This document shows, piece after piece, positions 25,948-30,892 of a stretch of DNA of 30,892 bases. Position numbers and translations under genes: made by a program. Position 1 is the first letter of the stretch; every line of letters starts with the position of its first letter. Below the pieces are notes generated by a model. It worked only from the letters and a program-made list of their open reading frames with translations, made no database searches and was not told the origin of the DNA. Source of the DNA: an uncultured Geminicoccaceae bacterium (lineage in GTDB: Bacteria > Pseudomonadota > Alphaproteobacteria > Geminicoccales > Geminicoccaceae); contig CAZXYL010000783.1 of NCBI GenBank assembly GCA_964644915.1, forward strand, positions 1 through 30,892, in the 5' to 3' direction.

Positions 25948-26496
25948 TCAGTCCTGCGTGCCGCTTTCCACGTCCGCCGCGACCCGCATCTGAAGGATTT
26001 GGTCCGGATTGGCCGGCGGTTCGCCCGTGGCGATCTCGTCGACGTGATCCATGCCTTCGACCACCTCGCCCACGACGGTGTACTGGCCGTCGAGGTGCGG
26101 CGTGCGGGCGAAATTGATGAAGAACTGGCTGTTCGCGCTGTTGGGATCCTGCGTGCGGGCCATGCCGATGGTGCCGCGCTCGAACGGCGCATCGGAGAAC
26201 TCGGCCGGCAGATTCGGCAGGTCCGAGCCGCCGCGGCCGGTGCCGGTCGGATCGCCGGTCTGCGCCATGAAGTCGGGAATGACGCGGTGGAAGACGATGC
26301 CGTCGTAGAACCCCTCGCGTACGAGCTCCTTGAGCCGCGCCGCGTGCGCGGGTGCGAGGTCGGGCCGGAGCTCGATGACCACGCGGCCATCCTCGAGGTC
26401 CATGTACAGCGTGTTTTGGAGATCGCGCTCCTGGGCGCTGGCGGCGAGGGTCATGACGAGCAGAACACTCCCGAGGAGAGGGATGAGACGGTGCAT
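25948..26496 (-). CDS. Cyclophilin-type peptidyl-prolyl cis-trans isomerase with a signal peptide
   Basis: FYDGIVFHRVIPDFMAQTGDP, GTIGMARTQDPNSANSQFFINF, HLDGQYTVVGEV; ATG 26496 with GGAGG SD; leader MHRLIPLLGSVLLVMTLAASAQ. Confidence 0.96.
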   Translation of the reverse strand: MHRLIPLLGSVLLVMTLAASAQERDLQNTLYMDLEDGRVVIELRPDLAPAHAARLKELVREGFYDGIVFHRVIPDFMAQTGDPTGTGRGGSDLPNLPAEFSDAPFERGTIGMARTQDPNSANSQFFINFARTPHLDGQYTVVGEVVEGMDHVDEIATGEPPANPDQILQMRVAADVESGTQD

Positions 26497-26606
26497 GCGT
26501 GAGCCTCCGGACTGTGGGCGCGCCACGCGCGCCGCCGCTTTCGACACGCTTCGGCTGGCGCGGTCAAGCCCCAATCGGTAGACTCGGGCGGTCGGAGGCG
26601 AGTGCG

Positions 26607-27521
26607 ATGAGAGAAGCGACGTTCACCTCGGGCGGCGACGAGCGGGCTGCGCTCGGTGCGCTGATGGACCGCTCCGATGCTCGCGGGCTCGCCCAGCTCG
26701 CGGGGCATGCGGGCGCGCTCCTGCTCACCGGGCTCGCGGTCGCCCTCGCGGCCGGCTCCTGGTGGCTCTTGCCGGCGCTGGTCGTCCATGGCGTGGTCCT
26801 GGTGTTCCTGTTCGCGCCCCTGCACGAGAGCGTGCATCGCACCGCGTTCCGCAGCCGCCGGCTCAACGATGCCGTGGCCTGGGTATGCGGAGCGATCCTG
26901 CTGCTGCCGCCGGAGTCTTTTCGCGCCTTCCACTTCGCCCATCACCGCTTCACCCAGGATCCCGCCCGCGATCCGGAGCTCATGACGCCCAAGCCAGACA
27001 CGCGCCGGGCCTGGCTCTGGCACGTGTCGGGTCTGCCCTACTGGCGCGAGCGCATCGCGACGACGCTCCGCCACGCCAGTGGCCGTGTGGGCGAGCCCTT
27101 CATCGCGCCCCGGCTGCGGGGGCGGGTGGCCCGTGAGGCGCGGCTGCTGCTCGGGGCCTACGCGGCGCTCGCCACGGCTTCGATCGTCGCCGGCAGCGCC
27201 GTCCTGCTCTGGCTCTGGATTCTCCCGGTCCTGCTCGGCCAGCCGTTCCTGCGCCTCTACCTCCTGGCCGAGCACACGGGCTGCCCGCTGGTGCCGGACA
27301 TGCTGAAGAACTCGCGCACGACGCTCACCACCGCGCTGGTCCGGCGGCTCGCCTGGAACATGCCCTACCACGCGGAGCATCACGCCGTGCCGGCGCTGCC
27401 CTTCCACGCGCTGCCGGCCGCGCACCGGTATCTCGAGGGCCGGATCGCCGTGCAGGGCGACGGCTATATCGCCGTCAATCGGGAGATCCTCGCGCGCCTG
27501 ACCTCCGAGCCTGGAGACTGA
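26607..27521 (+). CDS. Membrane fatty acid desaturase superfamily protein (MocD-like)
   Basis: Three His boxes HESVH, HFAHH and HAEHH; TM segments; LLAEHTGC; ATG 26607 with GGAGG upstream. Confidence 0.9.
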   Translation: MREATFTSGGDERAALGALMDRSDARGLAQLAGHAGALLLTGLAVALAAGSWWLLPALVVHGVVLVFLFAPLHESVHRTAFRSRRLNDAVAWVCGAILLLPPESFRAFHFAHHRFTQDPARDPELMTPKPDTRRAWLWHVSGLPYWRERIATTLRHASGRVGEPFIAPRLRGRVAREARLLLGAYAALATASIVAGSAVLLWLWILPVLLGQPFLRLYLLAEHTGCPLVPDMLKNSRTTLTTALVRRLAWNMPYHAEHHAVPALPFHALPAAHRYLEGRIAVQGDGYIAVNREILARLTSEPGD

Positions 27522-27524
27522 GCC

Positions 27525-28334
27525 TCACGCCGCGCGGCCAGCGCGTGCCCGGGCCTGCCCCGCCCACGCGCGGATGCAGTCGTAGGCCGAGGCAGACAAC
27601 AGCTCGGCGCCTTTGATCAGGAGCGCCTCGCGGCAGCCCGCGAGCGCCGGGTCGGCGAGCGCTGCGAACAGGCCGGCGCGCACGCGCTCGAGCACATCGG
27701 TCGGCTGGCTGGCGTGCATGACGTAGGGCAGCCCCGGCGCCACGGGCGATCGGGTCAGCACCCGGATGCCGGCGAGCGCAGCTGGGCGGTGGCGCTCGAG
27801 CAAGGCGTAGAGGACGCAATCGATCGCGGCGAGATCGGCCGTGCTTCGGCTCACGGCGGCGATGCTCGCCCGGTGGCTGCCGGTCACGACGGTGCGGCCG
27901 AAGAAGCGCCGGCCGCCGGCGAGCGGCGCCGTCATGGCGCGCAGGATGTTGCAGCCCGAGTGCGAATCCGGCGCGTTGATCGCGACGATGCGCCCCCGGA
28001 ATTCGACCAGGGCCCGGGCGGGCTCGTCCTCGCGCACGACGATCAGGCTGCGGTAATCCGGGCCGACGCAGCCGGCGGCGGCGTAGCAGGGCGTCGCCAC
28101 CACCTCCAGCTGCCCGGCGAAGGCGTGGGTGAACGGAAAGCCGCAGGTCTGGCTGAACAGTAGCTCGGGCGCTCTCCACATGCGGCCCCGCGCCATGTTC
28201 CGGCTCAGCCGCCCCGGCACATCCGCCACGCCCTCACGGCGGAAGGCGCGCGCGAGCCCCCGCCACCAGGAATCAGTCGCGGCGCGCACCTCGGGCAGGT
28301 CGTACATCGGCAGGCCGGCGAGCAGCGCGGGCAT
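27525..28334 (-). CDS. PhnD/SsuA/transferrin-fold substrate-binding-like protein without a signal peptide
   Basis: LPMYDLP, LLFSQTCGFP, YRSLIVVR, AINAPDSHSG, VTGSHRASI, DLAAIDCV; no N-terminal signal. Start uncertain (candidate ATGs at 28334 and 28307, or farther upstream). Confidence 0.85.
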   Translation of the reverse strand: MPALLAGLPMYDLPEVRAATDSWWRGLARAFRREGVADVPGRLSRNMARGRMWRAPELLFSQTCGFPFTHAFAGQLEVVATPCYAAAGCVGPDYRSLIVVREDEPARALVEFRGRIVAINAPDSHSGCNILRAMTAPLAGGRRFFGRTVVTGSHRASIAAVSRSTADLAAIDCVLYALLERHRPAALAGIRVLTRSPVAPGLPYVMHASQPTDVLERVRAGLFAALADPALAGCREALLIKGAELLSASAYDCIRAWAGQARARAGRAA

Positions 28335-28463
28335 CGGCGGGCCGTTCCAGACCGGCATCCCCAGCGGATGCACGATCCGGGGTAGCGCGCCTAGTCCCAC
28401 AAGTCACGCGCGGAGCGCGCCCGTGTAGCCGGACTTAGCAAAGGGTCGGGCAGCGATTGTCCG

Positions 28464-30194
28464 TCAATGGCTCTCGCGCGGGATGGCAGCGCCCCGGCAG
28501 CCGACCAGAAAGTCGAGATCGGCCCCTTCGCAGGCCTGCATCACGTGGTCGACGTACATCTTCTGGTAGCCCGACGTCATCGCCGGCTCGGGCGGGGTCC
28601 AGGCGGCGCGCCGACGGGCCAGCTCCTCGTCCGTGACCTCCAAATGCAGGCGCCGCGCCTCGACGTCCATCTCGACCACGTCGCCGTTCTGGACGAACGC
28701 GAGCGGGCCGCCGGCCGCGGCCTCGGGGCAGGCATGGAGGACCACGGTGCCGTACGCCGTGCCCGACATGCGGGCATCCGAGATGCGCACCATGTCTTTG
28801 ATGCCCTTCTTCAGCACCTTCGGCGGCAGGCCCATGTTGCCGACCTCGGCCATGCCGGGATAGCCCTTGGGCCCGCAGTTCTTGAGCACCAGCACGCAGG
28901 TCTCGTCGACGTCGAGGGCCGGGTCGTTGATCTTGGCCTTGTAGTCCTCGATGTTCTCGAACACCACGGCGCGGCCGCGATGGCGCATCAGCACGGGCGT
29001 GGCGGCCGACGGCTTGAGCACGGCACCGTCCGGGACGAGGTTGCCGCGCAGCACCGCGATACCGCCGTGCGCGGTGTGCGGGTTGTCCCACTCGCGGATC
29101 ACCTGGGTGTTCCAGTTGGTCGCGTTCTGGACGTTCTCCCACATGCTCCGGCCGGTGACGGTGAGCGCGTCCTTCTCCAGCATGCCATGGTCGCCGAGCG
29201 CGCGCAGCACCGCCGGCAGGCCCCCGGCGTAATAGAAATCCTCCATCAGAAAGCGGCCGGACGGCATGAGATCGACGATGGTCGGCACCTCGCGGCCGTA
29301 CGCGTCCCAGTCGTCGAGCGTCACCTTGACGCCCGTACGCCCGGCGATCGCGAGCAGGTGGATCACGGCGTTGGTCGAGCCGCCGATGGCGCCGTTCGCC
29401 CGGATCGCGTTCAGGAAGTTCTCGCGCCTGAGCACCTTGGAGATGCGCAGGTCCTCCTTGACCATCTCGACGATGCGCCGGCCGGTCAGCTGCGCGATCA
29501 CCTTGCGCCGGCTGTCGACCGCGGGAATCGCGGCGCAGCCCGGCAGGCTCATGCCGAGCGCCTCGGCGACGCTGTTCATGGTCGACGCCGTGCCCATGGT
29601 CATGCAGTGCCCGGCCGAGCGCGACATGCAGGATTCGCCGTCCAGGAAGTCCTCAAGCGACATCTCGCCCGCCTTGACCTCCTCCGCGAAGCGCCAGACG
29701 TCGGTGCCCGAGCCTATGTCCCTGCCGCGGTACTTGCCGTTCAGCATCGGCCCGCCCGAGAGCACGATCGCCGGCACGTCGCAGGACGCTGCGCCCATGA
29801 GCAGGGCCGGCGTGGTCTTGTCGCAGCCGGTCATCAGGACCACGCCGTCGATCGGGTTGCCGCGGATCGCCTCTTCCACGTCCATCGACGCGAGATTGCG
29901 GAACAGCATCGCGGTCGGGCGCAGGTTGCTCTCGCCGGTGGAGAAGACCGGAAACTCGAGCGGGAAGCCGCCCGCCTCGTAGACGCCGCGCTTGACCCGC
30001 TCGGCCAGCTCGCGGAAGTGCGCGTTGCAGGGCGTGAGCTCGGACCAGGTGTTGCAGATGCCGATCACCGGCCGGCCGTCGAACAGATCCGCCGGGAAGC
30101 CCTGGTTCTTCATCCAGCTGCGGTGCAAGAAGCCGTCGCGGTCCGGGTGCCCGAACCAGGCGGTGCTCCGCAAAGGTTTCTTGGTATCAGCCAT
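28464..30194 (-). CDS. IlvD/Edd-family dehydratase, most like L-arabinonate (sugar-acid) dehydratase
   Basis: RSTAWFGHPDRDGFLHRSWMKNQG, CNTWSELTPCNAH, GCDKTTP, GHCMTMGTASTM, SDARMSGTAYG; ATG 30194 with GGGAGG SD. Confidence 0.93.
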   Translation of the reverse strand: MADTKKPLRSTAWFGHPDRDGFLHRSWMKNQGFPADLFDGRPVIGICNTWSELTPCNAHFRELAERVKRGVYEAGGFPLEFPVFSTGESNLRPTAMLFRNLASMDVEEAIRGNPIDGVVLMTGCDKTTPALLMGAASCDVPAIVLSGGPMLNGKYRGRDIGSGTDVWRFAEEVKAGEMSLEDFLDGESCMSRSAGHCMTMGTASTMNSVAEALGMSLPGCAAIPAVDSRRKVIAQLTGRRIVEMVKEDLRISKVLRRENFLNAIRANGAIGGSTNAVIHLLAIAGRTGVKVTLDDWDAYGREVPTIVDLMPSGRFLMEDFYYAGGLPAVLRALGDHGMLEKDALTVTGRSMWENVQNATNWNTQVIREWDNPHTAHGGIAVLRGNLVPDGAVLKPSAATPVLMRHRGRAVVFENIEDYKAKINDPALDVDETCVLVLKNCGPKGYPGMAEVGNMGLPPKVLKKGIKDMVRISDARMSGTAYGTVVLHACPEAAAGGPLAFVQNGDVVEMDVEARRLHLEVTDEELARRRAAWTPPEPAMTSGYQKMYVDHVMQACEGADLDFLVGCRGAAIPRESH

Positions 30195-30344
30195 GCATGC
30201 GCCTCCCGCGTGCCCCTCGACCGGCGCCTCCACCGGCCCGAAAACGGCCCCTGTCGTACACCACAACGAGAGCCGTTTCCAGGTCGCAGGGCAGGCGCGC
30301 GCATGCGCCTCGGCTCCGGCTTAATCTGACCGGGCGCGACGCGG

Positions 30345-30890
30345 CTAGGGCTTGCGCCGGACCGAGACCTCCTCGTCGCCGAACAGCGAGGCAAGGCCGC
30401 GGGCCAGCGGGTCGCCCGAGGTGTGCTGCTCGGACGTGCCGAAGCCGCCCGGAAGATGGCCGGCGAGGCTGGGCGTCGTCTCGTCCATCTGCCTGGTCAG
30501 CGCCGCCATGGCGAGCGTGGTCATCACCGGCAGGAGCCGCCGGAGCGCGCCGCTGGCCAAGCCGCTTTTCTCCGCCGCGCGCGCGACGATCCGATCGACC
30601 TCGCTGCGGCCGAGCAGCTCATCCAGGAGCCGCTCGCCCTCGTCCTCCGCCTCGGCCGAGTGCAGCGCGCCCGAGTCCTCGAGAAAGCGCAGGTGCCTCT
30701 TGTCCTCGATCGTCGCGTGGATGGCCCCGGCACGGGGGCCGGCGCTGCGGTCGAGGAAAGCCCGGCCGAGCTCGGGCACCAGCGCGTCCAGCGCCCCCTG
30801 CGTCTGGGCCTCGTCCAGGCCGTGGCGCCGGCCGAGCTCGAAGAGCGCCGGATCGCCGTGCGCGCTGCGGATGGTATCGAGCAAGCCCAC
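30345..30890 (-). CDS. DUF937-like (YidB-like) helical protein; start lies at the window edge
   Basis: GLLDTI...LGRRHGLDEAQTQGALDALVPEL...LLDELLG...AEKSGLASGALRRLLPVM matches the DUF937 pattern; the GTG is 2 nt from the window end, so the start may lie further upstream. Confidence 0.7.
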   Translation of the reverse strand: MGLLDTIRSAHGDPALFELGRRHGLDEAQTQGALDALVPELGRAFLDRSAGPRAGAIHATIEDKRHLRFLEDSGALHSAEAEDEGERLLDELLGRSEVDRIVARAAEKSGLASGALRRLLPVMTTLAMAALTRQMDETTPSLAGHLPGGFGTSEQHTSGDPLARGLASLFGDEEVSVRRKP

Positions 30891-30892
30891 GT

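Noticed and set aside
1460-29360. Frequent GCGATCGC octamers (roughly a dozen by eye), reminiscent of cyanobacterial HIP1
   Set aside because: Largely explained by preferred codons (GCG ATC GCN and the antisense equivalent) in a high-GC alphaproteobacterium; not statistically tested.
1-30892. CRISPR arrays, tRNA/rRNA, IS elements, prophage or defence genes
   Set aside because: No spaced direct-repeat array, tRNA cloverleaf, transposase, integrase or nuclease motif seen; composition is uniform apart from promoter islands.

Overview
High-GC (about 70% by eye) alphaproteobacterial chromosomal DNA; the gene style suggests a Geminicoccaceae/Rhodospirillales-like organism, which is an inference. 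In order: clpA (runs off the left edge; missing from the ORF track) and clpS; a phasin with a sigma70-like promoter flanked by two PhaR-type boxes; a 311-316 aa disordered protein; a HisKA protein whose ATPase domain has lost its catalytic motifs, preceded by CtrA-like boxes; a gamma-glutamylcyclotransferase-like gene; a membrane protein; a FecR-domain lipoprotein; a GT4 glycosyltransferase; a degP/OmpR-type regulator/sensor kinase module; a small conserved protein with an exact EcfG (general stress) promoter; a 2-aminoethylphosphonate catabolic region (LysR, phnW, phnX, phnD, phnC, phnE) followed by an amidase; a damaged FGE-family gene; a GcvT-family FAD dehydrogenase; two small ORFs (68 aa and 40 aa); a periplasmic cyclophilin; a MocD-like desaturase convergent with a signal-less PhnD-fold protein; an IlvD/Edd sugar-acid dehydratase; and a DUF937-like gene at the right edge. 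I saw no rRNA, tRNA, CRISPR array, transposase or integrase. The best leads are a possibly extended N-substituted-aminophosphonate pathway, the catalytically degenerate histidine kinase with CtrA-like boxes, the desaturase/cytoplasmic PhnD-fold pair, and the small proteins. All homology calls come from motif recognition; no searches were run.
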